This document shows positions 11,354 to 23,077 of a DNA stretch of 37,017 nucleotides, piece after piece. Below the pieces are notes generated by a model, which ran no database searches, had not been told where the DNA came from, and saw nothing but the letters and a program-made list of their open reading frames with translations. This DNA is from Octopus bimaculoides (taxonomy: Eukaryota). The translations under genes were made by a program, and so were the position numbers. Position 1 is the stretch's first letter; each line of letters begins with the position of its first letter. The stretch spans positions 106,078,022-106,115,038 of the forward strand of contig NC_068981.1 in assembly GCF_001194135.2 (NCBI RefSeq), given 5' to 3'.

Positions 11354-11929
11354 ATGTAGGACAGGAATAACTCACTCCGTAACCAATAACTATGCTGTAA
11401 AACTGACAAATTCAGTTCCTTTTTGTTGGTATATTTGTTGGATACTGGTTTCATAAACACAATGGGATAGTATAATGAAATAAACTGAACAGGTATGCTA
11501 CATTATATTTATCTTATCAATCCCAGATGTACAAAAAGCAAAGCTAATACTGGTAGAATTTAAACTTAAAATGTTCAAGTTGAAACTAAATATATTTATT
11601 TATTTTATCCAGTGTTCTACTTCTATGACTGTGCCACTCTATTAAAAATAATATTTTCCACATTGGTACAAGGTTAAAAATATTTTAGGAAGGGAGTACT
11701 CGATGAAATCAAGCAGGTGTTCTTTATTTTTACAATGTGTCTTTTTTTTTAATATCTTTAAATAACTTTGTAATAAGTGGATCAATAGTTTCTATTGCAG
11801 TTGTTATGAAATGATAGTCAAAAAGACATTTATTCTTCATTATTTTCTTTATTTGATTGTGGTACCAAGTCCCAAAATTGTTGAGTTAAATTGACAAATT
11901 GTGAGTAAATGAGTGATTATAAACATCAT

Positions 11930-12094
11930 GGCACAGGAGTGGCTGTGTGGTAAGTAGCTTGCTTACCAACCACATGGTTCGGAGTTCAGTCCTACTGCGT
12001 GGCACCTTGGGCAAGTGTCTTCTACTATAGCCTCGGGCTGACCAAAGCCTTGTGAGTGGATTTGGTAGACGGAAACTGAAAGAAGCCCGTCGTA
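11930..12094 (+). mobile_element. tRNA-derived SINE head, CpG-retaining copy
   Basis: tggctgtgtggtaag A-box-like and gagttcagtcc B-box-like motifs; same family as 21-154 and 2167-2550. Confidence 0.92.
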
Positions 12095-12134
12095 TTTTTT
12101 TTCTCCTTGTTTTTCTCCTTATTTCTTTGTGTTC

Positions 12135-12205
12135 CTTTCAGTTGAAGAGCGTAGCTCGAAACGTTAAAGACTTTCTCTATTCCCGAGCGTTAAACTAATA
12201 CATCC
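12135..12205 (+). mobile_element. Probable Penelope-like terminal-repeat fragment with degenerate hammerhead-like motif
   Basis: cttt-cagttgaa-gagc-gta-gctc-gaaacgtt-aaag arrangement; runs into the gap. The PLE assignment is an inference from this motif. Confidence 0.5.
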
Positions 12206-12606
12206 NNNNNNNNNNNNNNNNNNNNNNNNNNNNNNNNNNNNNNNNNNNNNNNNNNNNNNNNNNNNNNNNNNNNNNNNNNNNNNNNNNNNNNNNNNNNNNN
12301 NNNNNNNNNNNNNNNNNNNNNNNNNNNNNNNNNNNNNNNNNNNNNNNNNNNNNNNNNNNNNNNNNNNNNNNNNNNNNNNNNNNNNNNNNNNNNNNNNNNN
12401 NNNNNNNNNNNNNNNNNNNNNNNNNNNNNNNNNNNNNNNNNNNNNNNNNNNNNNNNNNNNNNNNNNNNNNNNNNNNNNNNNNNNNNNNNNNNNNNNNNNN
12501 NNNNNNNNNNNNNNNNNNNNNNNNNNNNNNNNNNNNNNNNNNNNNNNNNNNNNNNNNNNNNNNNNNNNNNNNNNNNNNNNNNNNNNNNNNNNNNNNNNNN
12601 NNNNNN
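12206..12606. other. Assembly gap (N run)
   Basis: N characters. Confidence 1.
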
Positions 12607-12745
12607 AAATGAATAATACATAGTCTATTGACTGTTTTTTTACCCTCGCTAGACCACTGGTGGTAAAAATAAAATTTCTAAAATTTTCTTTGCTACCCTG
12701 TATTTTATTAATAATGATAAAAAATTTTTTTTTTTATATATATAT

Positions 12746-12960
12746 ATGTATGTGTGTTTGTGTGTCTATGTTTGTCCCCCCACCATCGCTTGACAACTGA
12801 TGCTGGTGTGTTTACGTCCCCGTAACTTAGCGGTTCGGCAAAATGAGACCGATAGAATAAGTACTAGGCTTACAAAGAATAAGTCCTGGGGTCGATTTTC
12901 TCGACTAAAGGCGGTGCTCCAGCATAGCTGCAGTCAAATGACTGAAAAGAGTAAAAGAGC
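12746..12960 (+). mobile_element. SINE tail half, probably the partner of 11930-12094
   Basis: Matches 2340-2550: gtttacgtccccgtaacttagcggttcggc...ggcggtgctccagcatagctgcagtcaaatgactgaaaagagtaaaaga. Confidence 0.9.
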
Positions 12961-14595
12961 ATCTCACAGTTGCTTTGCCTACATTGATCAGTACATGTGT
13001 TAAACAGTCTGGTCTGGCAGAATTAGTGAAGAGATATTAAAATGTCTTGTAGTATTTAGTTGTGTCCCTTAACAATCTAATTTCAAATAGCACTGGGGTC
13101 AACTTTGTCTTTCATCTTTTTGAAATAAAATATGAGTCATGATTCTTTACCCAAACAAAGTATGTAGCCTTGTGCTTATGTTAGAAGCCATTATTGTTGA
13201 TTATTACTACAGCTGTGACCATCATACTGTATGCCTGAGACACTTTGTTGCTCACCACTTTTTCACAATCAGCCATGTGTGACCTACAAAAACATAGCAT
13301 TCAATCACATGTCAATGTAATGCTCAGCTCTTCATACATACTAAAACCAACGGCAATGATAAAATGAGAGTTGGATTGCCACCAAATTATCTTGTTTCAT
13401 AGTTAAAGTTGTTGCCATGGTGGACACTTCACATTTATATGAACAATCTTAAATGAGTAGAAAACCACACCTGTTTTTGCTTCCTAAATAAAAGTTGATA
13501 CTCAGTTTAATGTGTCAAAGACACTTGAATTCAGTTTGAATAACAATTTAAGATTCTGGCAAAAATTTAATGAAGAAAAATACAATGTAAAGATAATTTT
13601 TTTATTATAACAATGATTTATTTGTTACTATGTATACAAGAAATGGTCAGATTAGGAATCAGAAGACTATTGCTGCTGCTGCTGATGATGATGATGACGA
13701 TGATGATATCTACTGCAATTTTAACAGTAGTGATAAGGAACAGAATAAGAAGGAAAATTATGAAGATGGGCATGTCAATGGTGAAGGTTATTCCACACAG
13801 GAGAGATTGATTAAGCTGGAACTTTTGTTGTTTGACATCTGTATTGGAATGTAAGTCAGAAGGGAACTCCAAATAGTTGTAGGTCTGAGGAGAAATGATT
13901 GGGTATTGAGACATAGTAAACAAGAGAATAAAACAGAAAGACAGTGATGTGTTTGAGTGAAAGTGGTCCATAATATGTTGGCTCAGAGTGGTAGAGCTAA
14001 TTGTAGTAGTAGGAGAGGCAAAGAGAAGAAACAACATGTGTATGAAACCATTGTTGTATCATATTGCTAACAAGATGATTTTATTTTCATGCATTTTTTA
14101 AAATTTATTTTTACACCAGCACTGACCAGATACATATGCAGTATCTTGGCTAAATAGTTAAGAAGTTCCCTTCTCAATCACAAAGTTCGGGTTCAAACTC
14201 AGTGTGTGGTATTTTGGGCAAGCATTTTTTAACATCAGCTAGATTTACATAGTGAGCTTTTGCAAATTTAGCCCTTCAATCCCAGTGGAGCATAAGCTGT
14301 CAATGACATTTTTCTACTGTCCTTGACTCCAGGCTGTCTTTTCTGTTTCTTTCCAATCAAATCTCCGCTTTTTCTTCCAGATTTTGCTGTACCTTGTCAT
14401 AGGCTGCCTGAGGAAAGGCCCTCCTCTCTCAGGAATTATCATCAATGTTTCTGTAACTTCGCTATTTTTTTTTTTTTTGTAGAGGTGTTTGCCCTGCACA
14501 AACCCATTTTTATCTCTGGGAAGAGGTGGTTCATATAAGTCTGACATCTATACTTTGAAGTGTACAGTATCGGAGATGCTACCAGAAGCTTACAC

Positions 14596-14785
14596 TCTGC
14601 TGGCATAGCTCTGAGGGTCATTGTTACACATAAGCCACCATACTGCAACAGGGGTTGAACTTTGTGGTGAAGAACTACATTAAGGGCACGCATGTCTGTG
14701 GAATACTCAATCACTTACATGCTAATTTAATGAGCAAGTAGTCCAGGTGATCAAACAACTGGACACTCAACAATGAAACCAACAG
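14596..14785 (+). mobile_element. Diverged 3' half of the SINE family at 10958-11353
   Basis: gaactacattaagggcacgcatgtctgtggaatactcaatcacttacatgctaattt matches 11218-11275. Confidence 0.75.
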
Positions 14786-14821
14786 AGATTTATCTCCTTC
14801 GGTTTGGATTTCACTTAAACA

Positions 14822-14916
14822 TAACTACAGTAAATCTGTTATCTTGTTTCAGTCACTTGACTGCACCCATGCTGGGGCACCACCTTCAAGAATTTCAGTC
14901 AAACAGATCAATCCAG
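14822..14916 (-). mobile_element. SINE tail, left piece, interrupted by the RTE at 14917
   Basis: Reverse complement of the 12880-12960 segment; continues at 17811. Confidence 0.85.
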
Positions 14917-17810
14917 AAAAGAAGGATTTGAAAGCTAAAGAACTCTTCACATGGTCAGAGATTTAGGGACATTCTCAATAAGAAATTTGATGAGAGGGAG
15001 GAGGAGCTACAGACCTCAGACATATAAGGTAGCCAGAAATTACTATGGGACAGCTTACTGAGTGCCACAGACCAAGTCTGCAGATGGTGCAAAGTCTCTT
15101 CCAGACCTAGAGTAACGTGGTGGTGGAATAATATGGTAGAAACAAGCCTGGAAAGCCTGGAAGAGTTGGGGTAGGAGGGTACTGTATCAGATAGCCAGAA
15201 GGGAGGCTGGGTGACAGGTATACATAGCCAAGGGTGAAGCAGAAGGGAAGAAGTTTGCCAATGTCCAGTGACATGAAGACTAAGGAACTGAAGTATTTTG
15301 GATTGCAACACAGTGTGTGAGAGAAAATTGTGTGTCCGCAGGGATGATGGTGCACTTGCTTTTAATGATTCGGAAAAGAAAGGCTTGGAGAAGCCATTAT
15401 AAAAGACTGCTGAATGTGGAGAATGAATGGTAGGAGGAGAGCCTGCCAAATGTTGACCCAGTAGAGGGACCAGCTAGCCGAATAGACAACACCCTGGTAG
15501 ATAAAGCAATTAAGGGTATGAAGCCAGGAAAAGCCCCTGACCCATCAGGAATCACTGCTGAGATGCTTAAAACATCTGGCAGTGTCGGCTATAGCCTAGT
15601 CACCCATATTGTAAACCAGGTCGTTCAACTGCTACAAAGGTAAAGGTGATGCTTTAGATAGAAATAACTACAGGGGTATCAAACTGCTGGATCAGGTGAT
15701 GAAAGTCACAAAGAGGGTCATAGCCCAACTAATTAGGAAGAGAGTCTGCTTAGATGAGATGCAGTTTGGTTTTGTGCCAGGTAGAAGTACCACTGATGCT
15801 ATATTTCTAGTACGGCAACTGCAGGAGAAATACCTAACCAAAGATAAACCCCTATACTTGGCTTTTGTGGACTTGGAGAAAGCCTTTGACAGGGTCCCCC
15901 GATCACTTATCTGGTGGGTGATGCGGAAACTGGGGATTGACAAATGGTTAATAAGAGATGCCGTTAGTAAGGTTAGGGTTGACAATGAGTATAGCGAAGA
16001 ATTCTGGGTAGAAGTAGGGGCCCACCAACGATCAGAGATGATGATGATACTTTCGTGTGTATATGAGAGAAAGAAAGTGTATGTGAAAGAGGGAAAGCTA
16101 CTAAATAATGACTAATGTTTAAGTAGCACAATAAGGAGAAGCAGCTGGTGATTTGCTAACCCTGACAGGTGTGGTCAGGTAACAAAACAACAATGATAAA
16201 ACAACAGAAGGTAAAGATTAATAATGCACTATCTCTGATTTAGGGCCTTTTAGACGTCACTGTCAGGGGAGTTAGATTTCTTGGATATGGGCTAAAAAAA
16301 ATGGAAATAAGTTAAATTCTTCAGGGATTAGAATGAGTAAGGAAAGGTTTGCAAAAGAATGATAAACGGATCAGCCCTCTTATTCATCATAGTCCTTCAG
16401 GCAATAGCAGGGGAATTCAAGACAGGTTGCTCCTGGGAGCTCCTCTATGCTGATGGCCTGGCCCTCATAGCAGAATCACTACCAGAACGAGAGAAGAAAT
16501 TTCAGGTGTGGAAGCAAGGTTTAGAATCGAAGGGCCTTAGAGTCAATGTTGCAATGTTTTAGTAAGTAGGAAGGGGAACACATCACATGCCCCTTCAGGT
16601 AGGTGGCCCAGCTCAATCTGTAAAAAAGGTGTAGGTAGAAACTCCCTAAGATGTACCCAGTGTAAGCTATGAACACATAAGAGGTGCAGCAACATCAAAC
16701 AAAGATTAACCAGGAAACTAGCTTTTGTGTGCGGCAGATGCACAGGGGCAATAGACACCACAGATGCTCAGAAAACAGATTCCATCACAGGCCAGGGGGA
16801 AAAACTAGAAGTAGTTGATAGCTTCCACTACATAGGTGACCAAGTCTGTTGTGGGAGTGGATGCTCAGAGAGTGTTACCACTAGAATAAGAATAGCCTGG
16901 ACAAAGTTTAGAAAGATTCTACCCCTACTGGTGACAAAGGGCCTCTTGCTCAGAGTGAAAGGTAGATTGTACAATGCATGTGTGTGAACTGCCATGCTTC
17001 ACAGCAGTGAAACATGGGCCATGACTGCTGAAGACTGCTGAAGATATGTTCAAAAGAAATGAAGCTAGCATGATCTGCTGGATGTGTAATGTCAGTGTGC
17101 ACACACGACAGAGTGTAAGCGCCCTGAGAGAAATATTGGACATAAGAAGCATCGGATGTGGCATGCAAGAGAGATGTTTGCGTTAGTATGGTCATGTACT
17201 GCGGATGGACGAGGAGAGCTGTGTGAAGAAGTGCCACTCCCAAACAGTGGAAGGAATCCGTGGTAAAGGGAAACCCAGAAAGACATGGGATGAGGTGGTG
17301 AAGCATGACCTTCAAACGTTGGGCCTCACAGAGGCAATGACAAAAGACCGAGACCTCTGGAGATATGCTGTAACTGAGAAGACTCGGCAAATAAAGTGAG
17401 TCCACAGCTGTAACCTACACCAGAGTCGCATAACCAGCCCACTCAAAAGTACCTTGGATCATAGGGTGACATGCCATGCTTGAGGAGACCTATTGAGTCA
17501 AGTACATCAAAATCAAATCATATCACAATCAAATGGAAATTGTTGTTGTGATCCCTGTGTTGGTGGCATGGGAAAAGCATCATCCAATCACGGACAATGC
17601 CAACCCCTCTGGCCCCTGTGCCGGTGGCACGTAAAAATCACCCACTACACTCTCGGAGTGGTTGGCGTTAGGAAGGGCAACCAGCTGTAGAAACACTGCC
17701 AGATCAGACTGGAGCCTGATGCAGCCTCCTGGCTTCCCAGACCCCAGTTGAACTGTCCAACCCATGCCAGCATGGAAAACGGACGTTAAGCGATGATGAT
17801 GATGATGATG
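14917..17810 (+). mobile_element. 5'-truncated RTE-clade LINE (RT, PHD-like insert, 3' UTR, (GAT)n tail), pseudogenised
   Basis: RT motifs NYRGIKLLDQVMKV, QFGFVPGRSTTDAIF, FVDLEKAFDRVP, LLYADGL; tail at 17791-17810; imperfect TSD agatcaatccag (14905-14916) and agatcaactccag (17811-17823). Confidence 0.95.
16036..16367. other. About 330-bp foreign insertion inside the RTE RT domain
   Basis: Splits GAHQ|GS..PLLFIIVLQA; gatcag is present on both sides (16030-16035 and 16369-16374). Confidence 0.8.
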
Positions 17811-17935
17811 AGATCAACTCCAGGACTTTTTTTAAAGCCTAGTACTTATTCTATCGAATTGTTTTGCTGAACTGCTAAGTTATTGGGATGTAAATACCAG
17901 TTGTCAAGTGGTGGTGGGAGACAAACACAGACACA
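17811..17935 (-). mobile_element. SINE tail, right piece
   Basis: caggactt...aagcctagtacttattctatcg...ttgtcaagtggtggtgggagacaaacacagac matches the reverse complement of 12765-12895. Confidence 0.85.
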
Positions 17936-17959
17936 CGTATGTGTGTGTGTGTGTGTGTG

Positions 17960-18156
17960 AAGGCACATGACATAGTGGTTAGTGTGTTGCACTCATAATC
18001 TAATGATTGTGATTTCAGTTCCTAGACTGGTTGGTGCATTGTGTTTTTTGAGCAAAACAATGTTGACTTAATGTTGACTTAATGGAGAAAGTGAGCTAAT
18101 GTGCAGCACAAACATTTGATTACTATAAACAAATCATTTGTATAGGAGAGGCCAAC

Positions 18157-18157
<1 letters not shown>
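17960..18157 (+). mobile_element. tRNA-derived SINE, diverged
   Basis: A-box-like tgacatagtggttag and tRNA-like head followed by ttgagcaaaacaa; internal 11-nt duplication aatgttgactt. Confidence 0.6.
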
Positions 18158-18218
<61 letters not shown>

Positions 18219-19675
18219 TATATAATGAAGAAATAAATGTGATAATTATCCCCTTATACAGCACAACTAATTAGTACTCTAATAGAGCCTCAGGAATATA
18301 AAACCAAGAAAGAGAGAACAAATTTCAAAGGTGAGTGTTCATATTCACTCAATATATTTCAAAGCATCAGAATACTCCACAGCATACACAAGTGCATTCA
18401 TCAACACAAGATATAATATAAATATATAAATATAAATATAAAGAAATAACAAATGTACTTGTGAGGTTGTGTGTTCGTATTAAAATCAATGAATATATTA
18501 AAATATGTGGATTGTGAAAGTATAGTGGTAATACAAATAGATGAGAAAGTTAGTATAAAATGATTTTAAAAGGAATCTTGAGCAAGTGCAAAGTTTGACA
18601 GCCATTTCGAGAAGATATAGGTTGGCATGGGCATGTTAATTACCAACCTATATCTTCCTAGTCATGACCACTCTATCCTTCTCTTCAGCATGGCATTTTT
18701 TGGATCACATTATTTAATGTGTCCTTTATTTATATGGTGTGAGGTGCTTTAAGAAGATATAGCTGCTATTTCTAGCGGTCTGAGCAACCACATCAAAGCC
18801 ACTTGTTGGCGCATGCAATCAGTTGTCATTAGTGGTGGTGGTGGTGGTGATGGTGTTGCTATTAGTGATGGGTAAATTAATGGTGCTGATGATGTTGACA
18901 ATGATGATAGTAATATTGTTGCTGTTGCTGATAATGATGAAGGCAGTGATTGTGGTGGTTAGGGAGAAAGTTGTTATTTATGATGGTCATAGTGGTGGTA
19001 ATGGTGTTGGTGGTGTTAGGTTGTGAGAGGCAATGAATGATATATTAGTTTAGGCTATAGTATTATTCAAGCAACAAAGCAACAACCATATTTACATATA
19101 CCGAGTTTTCTTAAAGAAATCTTACTGTCTGTTTCATTCATTAACCTGATACTGTAATTTAATTACAAACTAGTTATACATATTTATGAGAATCTGTCCT
19201 AGAAAAGAAAAAAAAAAATCATGCAACTTCTATATAATTATACATCTATGTAAATTGAATTAATTGGTGAAGCATTGAAGCTAATTTTAATTAACAAATA
19301 GGTTGATAAATAATATGTATCACTCAAGATTTTAAATTCTTTGTCGTTAATTTTCAAACAGTAAAGGAGTTTAGCCACCAGCTAGTTTCAAAAACATCCA
19401 ATCAATATTATTGTCTACTGTTAATTATTGAAAGTTGTGTAAACTAGAAGACATACATAAGTGTTCCATGACAGCCATGGATGAAAAAAAAAGACTAAAA
19501 ATATTTGTTAGTATAGTTTGCATGCTGATATAAATAACATGGATAGCTTTAAGATTGTGAGTGAATTAATTTTATTTTATATGAAAATTAATTAACTGGT
19601 AGTACACAGAACTAGCTAATTGCTTTCAATGTTGGCTGATAATTTTGATAATTTGAAAGACGGTTAAGAGTCTAA

Positions 19676-21978
19676 CCCTTGGTCTACCAGAGAAAATATA
19701 TGTCACTAATTACCAACTGGGTCCAATGGACCCAATATTTTTCTTTTAAGTAAATTTTATTCAAACTACTACTATTTCTTAGCTACATTATATATGCTAT
19801 CAAGTGAATGAAGAATTACTGTTTCTGAGAAATTTTAATAAAAAAATACAGCTTACAAAAATACAGAATTACAGCTCTTCATGGCAGTGAATGCTGACAA
19901 CATTGGAATGTTCTTGGCAAACATGGATATTATAATTCTAACCTGTAGTACGAGTTTTCCTGTCTTTTTTGGGGGCTCACACAAAGAATATCTTCCTTTT
20001 TTCTTTAGCTGAGGAATCTCAAATGAAGTTGAAGATTGTCTTCTTTTCTTGTTTAGTTGAGAAATGTTAGCAGAACTAGATTGTTTGTCATGTTCTTGCT
20101 TATCATTAACTCCAGCAAGTTCCTTTCCTAACTGAATTAGGCACTGTCTTCTTTTATCCTTGAAACTTTGCAAGTGAAGCTGTTTAGCAACAATGAAAGC
20201 ATTCACTGCACTTATATCAATCATTTTGTACAATATAACCATAGGCCATTTTCGAGTCATTCTTTTGCAAGTGTATGTCCTTATCATCTTATCTAGGGTA
20301 TCTGCTCCTCCTTTTGTTTTGTTGTAACATGTAATAACTTCAGGTTTCTTTTCAACACTTTTTGAATCAATTGAAGGCTGAGAGTGCATTGTACTCACAA
20401 GTGTGACTACATAATTTTTCTTGGGACAATAAGATAGAATCATAGAATCCTTTTGAAATCCAAATATTGTGCTCTTGATTTCTCTTTCTTTTCCATTTGT
20501 GAAAGCATTTGGAAGTTCAACTCTGTTCTTTCTAATTGTTCCAACTAAAGTAGTTTTCTTGCTAAGCAGCTTTCAAGCCAATCCTAGACTTGTAAACAAA
20601 TTATCACAAGTTATATTGTAACCAGTATTTAAGTTTTTTTACTAGGTCTTCAACAACTTTTGAACTTTGATTTGTCTCTCACCCTTTCACTGGGACTTTT
20701 CCAGTGTAGATTTGCATTTTCCAGGCATAAGATATTTCACTGTCCATATTTCCCTGGTTTTAAAGGAATATATACCAGGAATAAACAGCACCCTCTGAAT
20801 GAAACTAATTGTTCATCAATTGTCATGCATCAACTTGGAACATATCCATCTTACAAATTCTGATTCCACATTTCAAATACTTCTCTTATGGGCTCCAATT
20901 TATCATCATTTCTCTTTTTTCTTCTTGCACTAGCATCATCAAAACACAACACTTGTAATAATCAGTCCAATAAATTTCTTTAGTTCAGAATGATCAATTT
21001 CCTTCCATTTCTCTTTATGAACAACCTGACCTTTAACATTTGTCCATGGCACATAAAGATAATAAAACATGTTTCAATGCTATTGCAAGATCTTTTAGCA
21101 AAACGGGATGGTCCACATTCTTGGCGCACAATATTGCAAGATGAAGTTCTTACTGCTGCTTGAGTTAAGAGGATTAGAATGCCAAACTTCTTGTCTGTCT
21201 CTCGAAACATATTGTTCATTCATAATTGGGTGGCTTGCAGATAATTGTTTTTGAGTATCTTCATCATCTGATGACACAGAACTTAAACTGTCCAGCACAC
21301 AATCACTTTCACCATTATCTTCAGAGCAATAGAAGGAATCACTACTATCTTCTTCCCATTCTTCATCTAATTTCAATAACCTTTTCGATATTTGGTCTTC
21401 ATTCAAGTTTTCATGTCTAACCATATTGGAAAGCACAACTGAATTATATGAAACTTGATAGCAGTCTAAAGGCAGATATTGCTCTCTCACATATTTATAC
21501 TCTCCTGAAAGATGATACAATATATTGTAAGAATTGTGTCATCACATACAAATATTGCATCACCCTATAACCTAGAAGACTGAAGGTGATGCAATACCAC
21601 ACAAATTTACAGGAATATTTTCATAATTTTTCCTATTTTATCTAAAATTCAGCAAATAAATTGAATACAATTTTATCTATTTTATATCTGATAAATATCT
21701 ATGAAAATAACATTTGATACTGCTTTTATTCTGTTGAGAATGACAAGAGTAGTGTCTGAATTTAATTCGTAGGTCCAATAGACCCTTATGGTAATTAATG
21801 TATAAAGTGAAATTTTCTAGCTTTTATAAATATACGGAAAATTTCCCATTTGACAAATAAAAGAGATTTGAGAAAAAATAAGTCATGAGAAACAAGCAGA
21901 ATCAAATAATATAAACAGTAGGAAAAAGCAACTGAAAAAACTGAAATGGGTCCATTGGACCCATTGGTAGACAGAAGG
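19676..21978 (-). mobile_element. Near full-length piggyBac transposon (about 2.3 kb)
   Basis: TIRs cccttggtctacca (19676) and tggtagacagaagg (to 21978); TTAA at 21979-21982 and CTAA at 19672-19675; subterminal inverted repeats gggtccaatggaccc (19719-19733) and gggtccattggaccc (21948-21962). Confidence 0.92.
19853..21424 (-). pseudogene. piggyBac transposase pseudogene
   Basis: Acidic N-terminus from ATG 21424; motifs MTIDEQLVSFRG, KPGKYG, NITCDNLFTS, VGTIRKNR, YNKTKGGADTLDKM, KWPMVILY; eroded Cys-rich C-terminus; several stops, frameshifts and a deletion after KYG. Confidence 0.93.
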
Positions 21979-22094
21979 TTAAAGAAGTATTTTCTTCTAT
22001 GCACTGGCCTAACTTACTATATTTTTCAGCTAACAAGTTGACTTAATATATAGTTTAAACGTGTTGTGTAAGCATTAAAACATCATCACTATCT

Positions 22095-22235
22095 CCCCAA
22101 ATCCTGCTGCATTGCATACGGAACTTTTAGTCCTTCAAAATCATCTTTGTGTATAAGTTCACTTATCTTTTTTGTGGTTGTAAATTTCAGCCAGAGAAAT
22201 TTGAATATGTCATTCAGTAACTTTTGTCTAATAGA
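22095..22235 (-). mobile_element. Possible ancient L1/Tx1 ORF2 C-terminal remnant
   Basis: Minus strand LLNDIFKFLWLK...KISELIHKDDFEGLKVPY resembles the L1-type IF.FLW...GGL.VP segment; short and diverged. Confidence 0.3.
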
Positions 22236-23077
22236 TAACCTAATTTCTCAGCTAAGGAAGTTTTGTTGCCATAGTGGACTTTAAATTATTTTTTTGAGAG
22301 AATGTTTAATGATAGAAATCTGATATGCATACCATCAATATAATGAGATTATTTTCAAACAAATTACTTAAAATTTTTTTTTTATTTTATGAGATTAACA
22401 TAATTAAAACTCAGCAGAAATTATTGTTAAAAACCTACCACCTTTCATAAAATATCTACTGCTTTATGACAAAATAAAAAAAAAATCAGTAAATTACAAT
22501 TGATATTGATAAGAGAAGTCATCTGTTAATAATTTAAAGTATTACAAATTTAAATGTATTAGAAAAAAGCAACAGCAGTAAACTTATACTGGTACCAACT
22601 GATGAATGCCTCTAGCCTCTGTTATGTAGTGCTTGTCAGAATGGGTCTTTTGTTGACTAACAAAATGCTATCATGTGCTTAGCAAAAATGATGATACATG
22701 TGACCCATTGTGAAGAAAGTGAAAAGGACATACTAACCATGCCATTTTCAAAACAATGAAATATTTTTGCATCATTAGTTGAGATAGATGATGAAGAATT
22801 CCAAAGTCATTAGAAGAGAAAAATACTGTAGATTATTGTTTCATACTAATAGCTCACGTGCCTTGATTTCATATTCATTACAGCCATTTTTTATGACTTT
22901 AGATATCACAATTCTATTCTCTTCAGTTCAAGAGGTACTAAAGTCAAGTACAATCATGGGAAAACTGTGATGCTACAGCCTGCAGGACTTTCTGAATGGC
23001 ACACATAATGAAAAATGGTCTTGAACTGTTTTTTAGTGGCGCAGCTCACCTGATGATGAGCCATGGCTCATGTGGTT

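Noticed and set aside
13410-13426. gttgccatggtggac as an RFX X-box, with a similar 15-mer at about 22264
   Set aside because: Only the left half-site matches and there is no supporting context.
14314-14547. Protein-looking 77-aa minus-strand ORF
   Set aside because: Runs through a poly(A) tract, no recognisable family or splice support; at best a decayed transposon remnant.
23049-23075. CUGAUGA followed by the hairpin UGAGC-CAUG-GCUCA, a possible hammerhead
   Set aside because: No GAAA or stem III follows, and I could not find the missing half at the far end of the adjacent RTE.
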